A stretch of 64,000 nucleotides of DNA from Roseibacillus sp. (GTDB lineage Bacteria > Verrucomicrobiota > Verrucomicrobiia > Verrucomicrobiales > Akkermansiaceae): positions 128,001-192,000 of the forward strand of contig JBPOGI010000003.1 of the NCBI GenBank assembly GCA_051251855.1, written 5' to 3'. Shown here piece by piece: positions 19,750 to 29,324 of the stretch. Positions within the stretch are counted from its first letter, which is position 1. The number at the start of each line of letters is the position of its first letter. Both the position numbers and the translations under genes were made by a program. The notes below the pieces were generated by a model. The model was not told the origin of the DNA and made no database searches. It saw nothing but the letters and a program-made list of their open reading frames with translations.

Positions 19750-21282
19750 ATGTCGATGCAGAACACACAAGAGGAGCTATCATCCAGCCTAGTCAGCTTT
19801 GTGACGAGTCGCGGATTCCGAGTCCAAGCGCAAGTGAAAGAGCTCCGCTCGGATTCTTTGGCCTTCGAGCTCGTTAGCGCGGAGAATGTCCTCCAGCTTT
19901 CCGAAGTGTTGAACGATGTGGAAATCCACGTTGGAGGAGAATTGGCTTATCAGGGAAAGCTCTCAATTGTTGGTCTTGTCCCATTGGGGGTGATGGTGGT
20001 TTGTGAGGCGCGTCTCTCTGACAAGTGGCTTTTGGATTGCTTCCGTAGTGAGGACTTTTTGACGAATATTGGTCAGCACTTAGAGGAGCATACTGTTAGG
20101 TGGGCGAAGAGTCACGAGATCGGTCCAAAGTTTCGTTTGGCAGTGGCGGATTTAGAAACCTATTTGACTGGTTTGGAGAATTGGTGTGATCAGGTTGAAT
20201 GTGGCGCGCTCTCCGATGAGGAGGATGCAAAGATGAAAGAAGAGAAAATTCTCAATGAGCTCGGTCCGATCGTGAGCCGCGAGATTACCTCTCACTTTGC
20301 AGAGTATGAGCGGGTGGTGAAGATGTTGGATGAGGAAGGGCGCCAGGCGCATCGTTCTCATCTCATGAAGGCTGTGCACCGCTTTATTTTGCAGTCACCC
20401 TTTAGCTATCGTTGTTTCACAAAGCCTCTCGGGTATGCGGGCGACTACGGGATGGTTAATTTGATGTTGGGAAATCCATACCAAGGGGCGACGCTCTTTG
20501 CTAAGTTGCTCAACTACTCTTTCCTCGATACGGGCCCCGTGGTCGCGCATCAGAATCGTATCGACTATCTGGTTTCCACCTTGCGAAAGGTGGCGAGCGA
20601 GCGAGCGGCCAAGGGGTTGAGAACACGAGTTTTGAATTTAGGTTGTGGGCCAGCGGAAGAGATTCAGCGCTTTATTGAGGCAGATCCTGTTGCAGAAAAT
20701 TGCGATTTTGAGCTCTTGGACTTCAATCCTGAAACTCTTCGCTATACCGAAGGGCAAATGAAGGCTGCTCAGCAGCGAAGTGGCCGTTCGGTGAACATTC
20801 AGTTTATCGAAGAGTCCATTCAGGGATTCTTACGCCAAGCAACCCGAGGGGAGAGTTATCCTAAGGAGGGCTATGACTTCGTCTACTGCGCGGGATTGTT
20901 CGACTATTTGCAGCAGCGCTTTTGTGCCAAATTGACGAAGGTGATGTTTGGTCTCGTGAAAGAGGGAGGGTTGACGGCGGTGACGAACGTTTCCCGAGAC
21001 AATTCCATCCCTGCGGTGATGTCCGACTTTCTGGATTGGACTTTGATTGAGCGCTCTCAGGAGGAGATGTTGGATTTAGTTCCGACTGGAAATTTAACTT
21101 TACTTAAAGAATTGAAATCTGACTCGACTCGTATTAATCTCTTCCTTGAGCTCCGGAAACCGGCGGCTCAGACTCGTAATGTGGGAGCGCCTGAACAAGT
21201 TGATGCAGCCGAAGTCAGTCGATCCCGCCTTTCTGGCGAGGTTCGAGGCGGAAGAGGCCATCTCGAGGGTTCCGAATTATAG
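19750..21282 (+). CDS. class I SAM-dependent methyltransferase, PhcB-like (putative signal synthase)
   Basis: TKPLGYAGDYGMVN motif, RVLNLGCGPA SAM motif, YDFVYCAGLFDYL; long N-terminal extension; first gene of an HK-RR operon. Confidence 0.8.
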   Translation: MSMQNTQEELSSSLVSFVTSRGFRVQAQVKELRSDSLAFELVSAENVLQLSEVLNDVEIHVGGELAYQGKLSIVGLVPLGVMVVCEARLSDKWLLDCFRSEDFLTNIGQHLEEHTVRWAKSHEIGPKFRLAVADLETYLTGLENWCDQVECGALSDEEDAKMKEEKILNELGPIVSREITSHFAEYERVVKMLDEEGRQAHRSHLMKAVHRFILQSPFSYRCFTKPLGYAGDYGMVNLMLGNPYQGATLFAKLLNYSFLDTGPVVAHQNRIDYLVSTLRKVASERAAKGLRTRVLNLGCGPAEEIQRFIEADPVAENCDFELLDFNPETLRYTEGQMKAAQQRSGRSVNIQFIEESIQGFLRQATRGESYPKEGYDFVYCAGLFDYLQQRFCAKLTKVMFGLVKEGGLTAVTNVSRDNSIPAVMSDFLDWTLIERSQEEMLDLVPTGNLTLLKELKSDSTRINLFLELRKPAAQTRNVGAPEQVDAAEVSRSRLSGEVRGGRGHLEGSEL

Positions 21283-23890
21283 GATTGCGAGTGGTCTTGG
21301 GGCTATCTTCATTGCCGCTGGTTCCGTTATGGACCGGTTGGCGTTTCCTGAACTGTGGAAGACCTTAGTCCTGCTCCGAGCAGAATGTGCGTTTACTCTT
21401 CTCTTACTCTACGCTCTTCTGGGCACTAAGTGGGGAGAGAAGCGCCATCTCATTATTGGCCACTTTATTGAGGGGTCTTTGATTTTGAGTATTCTGGCCA
21501 TGATTGGTCGGACAGGAGGAGCTAGTTCGCCTTACTATGCCGGGCTGAGTCTGGTGATGGTGGGTGCGAGCCTTTTGTTGCGGTGGTCGTTATGGCATGG
21601 AGTGGTCAATGTGCTCTTTTGCTGCGGCTGCTATAGTCTCTTGATTTTCTCTTTCCCTGTTCATGAAGGGTCTGAGGGAGGGAGGAGTCTCGCGATTTCG
21701 ACCTTCTTTCTCTACGTGACCGGATTTTTCACGGCGGCGGGAACTTACTTTCTTTATGAGCTTCGGTTGAATGAGTTTAGGTTGCGGGAAGAGCTGACTG
21801 CCGAGAGGAAGCGCTTGGAGAAAAGCCACCGGCAATTGCAGGAGCTAGATGAAGCGAAGACGAATTTCTTCGCAAATGTGAGCCATGAGCTTCGGACACC
21901 ACTGACCTTAATTCTGGGGCCTATCGAACAGCTAGCTTCGTATGGCCCCGTCAAAGAGAACCGGCAGCTGAGTACGCTGGTTCATTCCATGGAAGAAAAC
22001 GGGCTACGTCTTCTTCGCTTGATCAATGAATTATTGGACTTGATTCGGATTGATGGCGGCCAGCACAACGTTGAGACCGAGCTGACGAAAGTCGACGATG
22101 TCGTCGCATCCATTTATGGTTCTCTTCTTCCCACTGCGGAGCAGAAGGGGCTGACCCTTGAACAGGATATCAGTGACGCCCCCAAGGGTATCTTCAAAAT
22201 TGATCGGATGAAGTTCGATAAGGTATTAGTCAACTTGGCGACCAATGCTCTGAAGTTTACTCCCGAAGGAGGGACTGTGAAATTGATAGCGCGAAGCGTG
22301 GGGGAGGATTCGGTCGAATTTCTTGTTCAAGATACTGGAACGGGGATGAGCGAAGACGAGGTTGATAATGTCTTCCGAAGATTTTGGCAGGCGGACACGA
22401 GTTCCAAGAGGCGGCATCGTGGAGCAGGAATCGGTCTTTCTCTCGTGAAAGGAATTGTCGATCTATTGGAGGGAGAGATTGAAGTTGAGAGTGCATTGGG
22501 TGTGGGAACGACCTTTACGGTGAGGCTACCTCTGGGCCAAAGAGTGTCTGGGACTGCAGGTGAGCCTCTCGAACTTGAGCTTGATCCGATCGAGGAGTTG
22601 AACCGGAGAGCGCAGTTTGAAGGAGGCCGACTCCCAGAAAGCGCACTTGATGTGGAGTCTGCAATCGTGACTCCTAACGGGGATCGACCGGTGGTTCTCA
22701 TTGCAGAAGACGAGGCCGATGTGCGCGATCTCATCGTCTCTCAGTTGGGGGATTACCAGCTTCTGGTTGCTGGAGATGGAGAGAAGGCGCTCCAGCTTGC
22801 CAATCGCTTTTTACCTGATTTGATTCTCTTGGATTGGATGATGCCGGAGCGTGATGGACTGGAAGTCTGTCGCCTCCTTCGCGAAACGGCTGCATTGGAG
22901 CGCGTGCCTATTGTGATGCTAACCGCGCGTATCGATGAGCGTTCTAAGATCGAAGCGCTTGAAGCGGGTGCGAATGACTTTTTGACCAAGCCTTTTGCGC
23001 CCACCGAACTGAAGCTTCGAATTGGCCACCTACTCAATAGCGGGCGTTTTGAGAAAGAGGTGGTGAGAAAATCGGAAGAGCTCGGGGTCGCAATGGCTGA
23101 GTTGAAGGAGTCCGAGTCCATGTTGGTCCAAGCTGAGAAGTTATCTTCCTTGGGGCAGATGAGCGCGGGTATTATTCACGAGATCAACAACCCACTCAAT
23201 TACGCCAAAACCAATCTCTACTCGCTTCGGACCTTTGCAAAATTGCTTCCTGCCGAGGAGCGAGAGGATTTCGTGGAAGTCACCTCTGACGTTGAGGAGG
23301 GCTTGGAGCGTGTGGTGCAGATTGTGAAGGATTTGCGCAGCTTCGCAGTGAAGGACAAGACTCAGTTCAGCGACGTCAATCTTGCTGAAGTGGTCGCAGC
23401 GAGTTCTCGCTTGTTAGGGCACCGACTTACCAACGTTCAATATAGTGCCGAACTGCCGGACCACATTCACGTGAACGGCAACTCAAACCAGCTTTGTCAG
23501 GTCTTCGTCAATTTTATTCAAAACTCGCTTGATGCATTGAAAGAGGTCGAGCGCGAGAACGAAGAAGGGGAGATCCGGATTGAGCTGGCCCAAGGAACGG
23601 ATTGGACCTCACTGCATTTTTACGACAATGGCTGCGGAATTTCCAAAGAGAATCAGCAGAAAATTTTCGACCCCTTCTATAGTAGCAAAGACATTGGACA
23701 TGGAATGGGTTTAGGACTCAGTATTTGCTATCGGATTCTTGACCAACACGGTGTTAAAATCGAGATTGATAGCAAAATCGGAGAGGGGACGCACTTCACG
23801 CTCAACTTTCCGGTGATTCTGGACGATCTTGAATTCGATGAATCGATAAAAGCTTCTCTCAAGGAGGCTCCTTTTACCCAAACAACATGA
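21179..23890 (+). CDS. membrane hybrid sensor kinase TM-HisKA-HATPase-REC-HisKA-HATPase
   Basis: About 6 TM helices; H-box1 SHELRTPL; N/G boxes NALKFT, DTGTG, GAGIGL; REC EDE..LDWMMP..KPF; H-box2 HEINNPL; DNGCG, GMGLGL. Confidence 0.93.
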   Translation: MWERLNKLMQPKSVDPAFLARFEAEEAISRVPNYRIASGLGAIFIAAGSVMDRLAFPELWKTLVLLRAECAFTLLLLYALLGTKWGEKRHLIIGHFIEGSLILSILAMIGRTGGASSPYYAGLSLVMVGASLLLRWSLWHGVVNVLFCCGCYSLLIFSFPVHEGSEGGRSLAISTFFLYVTGFFTAAGTYFLYELRLNEFRLREELTAERKRLEKSHRQLQELDEAKTNFFANVSHELRTPLTLILGPIEQLASYGPVKENRQLSTLVHSMEENGLRLLRLINELLDLIRIDGGQHNVETELTKVDDVVASIYGSLLPTAEQKGLTLEQDISDAPKGIFKIDRMKFDKVLVNLATNALKFTPEGGTVKLIARSVGEDSVEFLVQDTGTGMSEDEVDNVFRRFWQADTSSKRRHRGAGIGLSLVKGIVDLLEGEIEVESALGVGTTFTVRLPLGQRVSGTAGEPLELELDPIEELNRRAQFEGGRLPESALDVESAIVTPNGDRPVVLIAEDEADVRDLIVSQLGDYQLLVAGDGEKALQLANRFLPDLILLDWMMPERDGLEVCRLLRETAALERVPIVMLTARIDERSKIEALEAGANDFLTKPFAPTELKLRIGHLLNSGRFEKEVVRKSEELGVAMAELKESESMLVQAEKLSSLGQMSAGIIHEINNPLNYAKTNLYSLRTFAKLLPAEEREDFVEVTSDVEEGLERVVQIVKDLRSFAVKDKTQFSDVNLAEVVAASSRLLGHRLTNVQYSAELPDHIHVNGNSNQLCQVFVNFIQNSLDALKEVERENEEGEIRIELAQGTDWTSLHFYDNGCGISKENQQKIFDPFYSSKDIGHGMGLGLSICYRILDQHGVKIEIDSKIGEGTHFTLNFPVILDDLEFDESIKASLKEAPFTQTT

Positions 23891-25032
23891 GCGACAACAA
23901 CACGCCCCCATCTGCCGGGAACTACTATGTTCTCTTCGTAGACGACGAAGAAAAGACTCGGAAAGCCTTTAACCGCCTTTTCGGAGATGAATTTAAAATC
24001 CTGTTAGCTGGAGACGGCGCGGAAGGCTTTGAGGTTTTCCAAGAACGGAAGGATGAGATCGGAGTCATCGTGACGGATCAAAAAATGCCTCGAGAGACTG
24101 GGGTCCAGTTTCTGGCGAAGGTGGCCGAGATGGATGATGATGTCGTTCGCATTCTTTCCACCGCTTATGCTGAACTCGATGCAGCGGTGGCGGGGGTGAA
24201 TGAGGGGGGAATCTATCGCTATGTTACGAAGCCTTGGGATGTTCCTGAGTTGGAGATCACCCTTCGTCGGGCGATGGAGCTCTTTAATCTACGTAAGCAG
24301 CAAGCTTCGCACGATAGCTCAGGGAATCTGGATGTGGAGCAACTGATTCTCAATCAAAGGGTTTCGGGGTTAGCGTTTTCGCAAGCGGCTGCGACCGACG
24401 GGCGACCTACCTTCGTCTGTGCGGGAAGTATCTTTCTCGGGATGCTAGGTTGGCAGGGGTTGGGTGATGGAGGTTCCGTTGATTGGGAAGCTCGCTACCA
24501 AGCGGAGAGTGATTTCTTCCGCACCGTCTTTCGGGAAAGCATGGAGACTCTTGCTTCACAAAGCAGTCTCGATTGGTCGCGGACAGCACCGCCTTCTGCA
24601 GCCATTCAAGCGGCCGCGATCGGATGTGTGGGAATCAATTTTCAACCGGCGAGTAACGACTCGAGTATCTGGCCAGGACCTGCGCCTCTGCTCTCGGAGG
24701 CTCTTCGTCCACTTATGGTTGCGTTTGCTTCCATGGTCGCCCTCTTGCCTGGCGGGAGTTGCGAAGTGAAAAGCAATTTCAATACGGTCGATTTTCAATT
24801 CTCGGGACATCCTCTTAAGGACGGTCAACTTCAGCTTGCGACGGCTCCGGAAGGAGCGCCCGTTCTTGCCGATTTGCTGAGAGCCTGTGTCCTTGTGGAA
24901 GCCTGTGGTGGCAAGCTCGCCTTGTTGGCAAGTGCCGAAGGTCTCTTGGTTCGCTTGGGCTTTGAGCAAGATGCAGTCCCCGAGGATGTTGGTTTGGCGG
25001 CTGTTCAGCAACTGACGAGTTCAAATTCTTAA
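23887..25032 (+). CDS. response regulator, REC plus non-DNA-binding C-terminal domain (PhcQ/PhcR-like)
   Basis: VDDEE, TDQKMP, RILSTAY, IYRYVTKPW; the C-terminal part has no HTH and looks like a degenerate kinase-type fold. Confidence 0.85.
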   Translation: MSDNNTPPSAGNYYVLFVDDEEKTRKAFNRLFGDEFKILLAGDGAEGFEVFQERKDEIGVIVTDQKMPRETGVQFLAKVAEMDDDVVRILSTAYAELDAAVAGVNEGGIYRYVTKPWDVPELEITLRRAMELFNLRKQQASHDSSGNLDVEQLILNQRVSGLAFSQAAATDGRPTFVCAGSIFLGMLGWQGLGDGGSVDWEARYQAESDFFRTVFRESMETLASQSSLDWSRTAPPSAAIQAAAIGCVGINFQPASNDSSIWPGPAPLLSEALRPLMVAFASMVALLPGGSCEVKSNFNTVDFQFSGHPLKDGQLQLATAPEGAPVLADLLRACVLVEACGGKLALLASAEGLLVRLGFEQDAVPEDVGLAAVQQLTSSNS

Positions 25033-25044
25033 GCAAGCCACCTC

Positions 25045-25425
25045 ATGATCAAGTTCGTCTATTGTGTTCGAAAGAAGGAAGGCACTTCGGACGAGGACTT
25101 TTACCGTTATTGGAAAGAGAATCATGGTCCCTTGGTGAAGAGCTTCGCCGAGACCATGGGATCTCTCAAGTATGTCCAGAGCCACACCATCGATACTGTC
25201 CTTAATGAGGTTGGTCGTGAGGTGCGGGGCATGAGGCAGGCTTACGATGGCATTACAGAGGTTTGGTTCGAGTCGGCAGATGCCCTCAATGCGATGCTGC
25301 AAACTGAAGAGGGTAAAGTGGCGAACAAGGCTTTGATTCAGGATGAGGCGCGTTTTTGCGAGCTGGCCGAGTGTTCGGTCTTTCTCACCGAAGAGCATGT
25401 TATCTTCGATCGGATGGGTTCGTAG
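25045..25425 (+). CDS. EthD domain protein
   Basis: RKKEG.S.EDF..YW...HGPLV, YVQSH, YDGITEVWFES. Confidence 0.85.
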   Translation: MIKFVYCVRKKEGTSDEDFYRYWKENHGPLVKSFAETMGSLKYVQSHTIDTVLNEVGREVRGMRQAYDGITEVWFESADALNAMLQTEEGKVANKALIQDEARFCELAECSVFLTEEHVIFDRMGS

Positions 25426-25497
25426 CTCTTTCAAGAAGAGTGTTTTTTTGAACAATTGAGGGTTGCCTCAGAGCCGACTCTTTCTTCTCATACCGGC

Positions 25498-27564
25498 GTG
25501 ATTGAAAAAGCACGCGAGGTCCTGCGCGAGGTCTTTGGCTTTGAGGCGTTCCTCAGTGGCCAGCAGGAAATTGTGGACCATATTCTGGACGGTCGGGATG
25601 GTCTGGCGGTGATGCCCACGGGGGGAGGCAAGAGTCTTTGCTACCAATTACCGGGTTTGGTGAAGGAAGGGGTGACCTTGGTGGTGAGTCCACTAATTGC
25701 GCTGATGAAGGATCAAGTTGATGCTCTGCAAGCCAAGGGGGTGAATGCAGCGGTAATTAATTCGACTCAAAGCTGGGACGAGCAGAAGGACATTCTGGAT
25801 CAGGTGCGAGCGGGTGAGATTAAGTTACTTTATGTGGCGCCAGAGCGCTTTCGGGCGGGGAGCTTCACCTCGGCGATGGGTCAGGTTAAGATCGCGATGT
25901 TAGCCATTGATGAGGCGCATTGCCTGAGCCAGTGGGGACATGATTTTCGGCCGGACTATTTGCGGTTGGGGCGTGCTCGCAAAGACCTGGGCAATCCTCA
26001 GTGCGTGGCCTTTACTGCGACGGCGACCGAGGTTGTGCGTGCGGATATTCTCAAGGTATTAGGATTGGAGAATCCTTTTGAAACGATCACGGGGTTTGCG
26101 CGCCCGAATCTCAGTTTCAATATCACAGCGGTGGCGAAGAAGGCGGATAAGTTTAAGCGGTTGCGTGAGATTATCACAGAGTACAAGACGGGGATCATCT
26201 ACTGCGCAACGCGTAAAAAGGTGGATGAGGTCAGTGAGACGCTGGCGAGTTGGGGGCTAAAGGTGGCGGCTTACCACGGGGGCATGACCGATCAGGAGCG
26301 AGACCGGGTGCAGGATTCCTTTATCTCTCGCAAGAAGGATGTCGCGGTGGCGACCAATGCCTTTGGGATGGGGATCGACCGGAGTGATGTGCGTTTTGTG
26401 GCCCACTTTGAGGTGCCAGGAAGTGTGGAGGCGTTCTATCAGGAAGCGGGACGCGCGGGACGAGATGGTGAAGCGGCATGGTGTGAGCTGCTTTGGAATT
26501 TTGCAGATACGCGGACGCAGGAGTTTTTCTTGGAAGGGGTGAATCCTGGACCTGGGGTGGTGCGTGACCTGTATCAATGGTTGAGTGCTTCGGCTGATGG
26601 GCAGGGTGAGGTCTTCCGTAGTCTCGATGAGATGCGTGATGAGTTGGGGGTCTCCAATGGTATGGCGGTGGGGAGCGCGCTTTCTTTGCTGGGTCGCTTG
26701 GGTTATGTGCAGCGATTTGATGTTTCAGGGAAGCGGATGCGGGGAACGCGTTTGTTGAGGATGGGGCAGGCCTTGGAGCTGGATGAGGTGGCGATGGCTG
26801 AGAAGGAGAGGAGGGATCGACAGAAGCTCGATTCAATGATCGCGCTGTGTGAGTCGGGTGGCTGTCGTCAGGAGTGGATTTTAGACTATTTTGGTGAACA
26901 GGGGGGAGAGTGTGGTACGTGTGACGTTTGTCGTAGTGGACAAAGTGGAGAGCGGCGCGATTTGACGGAGGCCGAACAATTGGTGGTGCGTAAAGCGTTG
27001 AGCGGTGTTGCGCGAATGAGTGAGAGGATGGGGCGCGCGTGGCAGCCACGGTTTGGACGGGGGAAGATTATTTTGATGCTGACGGGGAGTCAGAGCCAAG
27101 AGGTGATGAGTGCGGGTCTCAATCGTCTTTCGACCTACGGGGTTCTCAAGGATGAGGGAGCGGCATTTTTGAACGAACTCTTTCCCGCGCTCTCGGATGC
27201 AGGTTTTTTGCATACGATTCGGAAAGGGGAGTATCCCTTGTTGACGCTGACGGATCGGGGCCATGAAGTCATGATGGGCAAGCGTGCCATTCGGATGATT
27301 TGGCCAAGTCGTAAGACGGCGAGTGCGGCGGACGAGGGGCCGTTCGACTCTCGAGTCTATTCGCGATTGGCTGACCTGCGTACGAAGCTTTGTAAGGAGG
27401 AAGGGTGTGCCCCCTATATGATTTTGAGTAATCGAGCACTGGAGGGCCTGGCTCGCCAGATGCCGAAGACGATTGCGGAAGCTTTGGAGGTGCCGGGGAT
27501 CGGGCATGCGAAGGCCAATCAGTTTGGGGAGCAGTTTTTGGCTATTATTCGTGAGTCCTCCTAG
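25498..27564 (+). CDS. recQ: ATP-dependent DNA helicase RecQ family
   Basis: MPTGGGKSLCYQ, DEAHCLSQWGHDFRPDY, QEAGRAGRDG, Zn Cys cluster, RQC and HRDC-like C-terminus. Confidence 0.93.
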   Translation: MIEKAREVLREVFGFEAFLSGQQEIVDHILDGRDGLAVMPTGGGKSLCYQLPGLVKEGVTLVVSPLIALMKDQVDALQAKGVNAAVINSTQSWDEQKDILDQVRAGEIKLLYVAPERFRAGSFTSAMGQVKIAMLAIDEAHCLSQWGHDFRPDYLRLGRARKDLGNPQCVAFTATATEVVRADILKVLGLENPFETITGFARPNLSFNITAVAKKADKFKRLREIITEYKTGIIYCATRKKVDEVSETLASWGLKVAAYHGGMTDQERDRVQDSFISRKKDVAVATNAFGMGIDRSDVRFVAHFEVPGSVEAFYQEAGRAGRDGEAAWCELLWNFADTRTQEFFLEGVNPGPGVVRDLYQWLSASADGQGEVFRSLDEMRDELGVSNGMAVGSALSLLGRLGYVQRFDVSGKRMRGTRLLRMGQALELDEVAMAEKERRDRQKLDSMIALCESGGCRQEWILDYFGEQGGECGTCDVCRSGQSGERRDLTEAEQLVVRKALSGVARMSERMGRAWQPRFGRGKIILMLTGSQSQEVMSAGLNRLSTYGVLKDEGAAFLNELFPALSDAGFLHTIRKGEYPLLTLTDRGHEVMMGKRAIRMIWPSRKTASAADEGPFDSRVYSRLADLRTKLCKEEGCAPYMILSNRALEGLARQMPKTIAEALEVPGIGHAKANQFGEQFLAIIRESS

Positions 27565-27620
27565 GGAAAAAGTAGAATAACGACTGGAGCGAAGCTCGAT
27601 CTTGGGCAAAGTAGTGGACG

Positions 27621-28121
27621 ATGAAGGTCAACGTTCCGCCTCCACCACAGAAACTTTTCCGCCAATTTGAGGCTGGTGAGATTTCGCGCGCTGAGCTGCA
27701 GGCGACTTGTGCGCTTCACCAGCGGGAGATGATTGCCGAGATTGAGGAGATGAAACGCAATCCAGTCGCAGCTTATGTGGAAGAGCTGCTCATTAAGCGT
27801 GAGGCGAGCAAGATTCAGCGTCAGCATGGCGAAGGTCTTGCGCGAGAGGTGTTTGCGGCGCTGGCTGAGGTTCCGGATTTTCCACCCGCGATTCTACTTT
27901 GGAATGCAGATCATCGTGATGTGCCGTTTCAGTGCTTTTTTCGGTTTCGTCGGGAGCCGGTTTTTCGGCTACTCGCGATGCGTAATCATGGGATGAGCGT
28001 GACTGCTGAGGTGGAGTATGGTTCGACAGACCGGAAACTGGCTACGCGGGAGACCTTTACGCTCCACCGTAGTGTCGGGAATCGTTTTGCGGTGACCCAG
28101 CGTAAGATGGGGACGGGGTGA
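27621..28121 (+). CDS. hypothetical protein
   Basis: 166-aa ATG-started ORF filling the gap after recQ on the same strand; no recognised motif. Confidence 0.7.
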   Translation: MKVNVPPPPQKLFRQFEAGEISRAELQATCALHQREMIAEIEEMKRNPVAAYVEELLIKREASKIQRQHGEGLAREVFAALAEVPDFPPAILLWNADHRDVPFQCFFRFRREPVFRLLAMRNHGMSVTAEVEYGSTDRKLATRETFTLHRSVGNRFAVTQRKMGTG

Positions 28122-28126
28122 TAAGC

Positions 28127-28564
28127 TTAAGCCTCTCCTAAAACACGGCGCAGTTGATTGCGGGCGGTTTTTTCGTCGATTCTACCTTTGATGAAGAGAG
28201 TGAGGATTTTTCCGCACTCGCGACCTGCGATATTGTCACGCACTTCAGTTTCGGATTCCCTCCGCCCTGAGGCTGCTTGTTTGATATCGGTGAGCCCGAT
28301 AAACCATGAGAAGAGCCAGCCTGGTGGACCGAGTAGGTAACAGGCGAGATGAAAGTAGAGGTGGCGATACATCTGCCCCTCTTGTCCATCTTTGACCAAG
28401 TCCTGTCGAAAGCCTGAAGTGGGAAGGTGGCGGCTCTTAATCCGCTTGCGGATGTGCTGGAACTTTCGATGAAGAAGGCCAACGCCTAGACGGTAGCGAG
28501 TGATGAGGGAGTCTTCGCTCGCCAAATGAATGACCACGTTGATAAACCTGTCGAGGGAGGTCAT
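28127..28564 (-). CDS. hypothetical protein
   Basis: 145-aa ORF whose start overlaps the tmk stop by 4 nt (ATGA). Confidence 0.75.
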   Translation of the reverse strand: MTSLDRFINVVIHLASEDSLITRYRLGVGLLHRKFQHIRKRIKSRHLPTSGFRQDLVKDGQEGQMYRHLYFHLACYLLGPPGWLFSWFIGLTDIKQAASGRRESETEVRDNIAGRECGKILTLFIKGRIDEKTARNQLRRVLGEA

Positions 28565-29172
28565 GAGGATTTGGGGGGGGGATTGAGATGGGCGAGAATA
28601 TCGGTATGAATGGCCTCGGGTGCCTGGTTCGCATCCACGCGATGGATATAGGGCTCATCGATGCTCTTGAAAATGGCATCACAGGCGCATAGGTTTTCCT
28701 CTTGTTCAAAGGTGTTGCCCGAACCATCGCGGTCGCCGATACGCTCTAGAGCGACTTCTACCGGCACTTCTAGGAGAAAAACGTGGTCAGGGATGGGAGC
28801 AAAGCTTTCGTTTTCCTCTCGAATTTTCTTTGGGTCGAATCCTCGCGCGCCCTGATAGGCCATGGTGGAGAAATAGTAGCGGTCGAGAAGGACGACTTTG
28901 CCTGCCGCTAAGGCAGGAAGGATCAGGTGTTCGACGTGGTCCCTTCGATCATCGTGGAAGAGGGCAAGCTCTTCTTTGGGAGAAAGGCGTCCCTCGGACA
29001 TGGAAGCGCGGAGTTTTTGTCCGAAAGGCCCCGTGGTGGGCTCTCGGGAAGTGACGACGACTTCTCCTTGTTCTTCCAAGACCTTGGCGAGGAGCTGGAG
29101 TTGGGTGGATTTACCGGTGCCGTCGATGCCTTCGAAGATAATTAGCGAACCGGGAAACTCAGACTTCATCAT
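28561..29172 (-). CDS. tmk: thymidylate kinase
   Basis: FEGIDGTGKSTQ, REP, LLDRYYFSTMAYQG. Confidence 0.96.
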   Translation of the reverse strand: MMKSEFPGSLIIFEGIDGTGKSTQLQLLAKVLEEQGEVVVTSREPTTGPFGQKLRASMSEGRLSPKEELALFHDDRRDHVEHLILPALAAGKVVLLDRYYFSTMAYQGARGFDPKKIREENESFAPIPDHVFLLEVPVEVALERIGDRDGSGNTFEQEENLCACDAIFKSIDEPYIHRVDANQAPEAIHTDILAHLNPPPKSS

Positions 29173-29287
29173 TTTATTGGGTGTTCTGCGCGATGCTAGA
29201 AGTCCAAGGCATGATGTCGAGAAGTTCGCCGTCTGTTGTCATAGTCTGACTCATTTGAGTCTCTATGAGAAAATTGGTTCGACTCTG

Positions 29288-29302
29288 TGCATTAAATTTT
29301 CA
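29288..29302. promoter_or_regulatory. candidate weak operator TGCATTAAATTTTCA upstream of the LacI gene
   Basis: Shares TGCATTAAATT with the sites at 35358 and 38664. Confidence 0.5.
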
Positions 29303-29324
29303 TAGTCGGCTTGAGGAACGAGTG

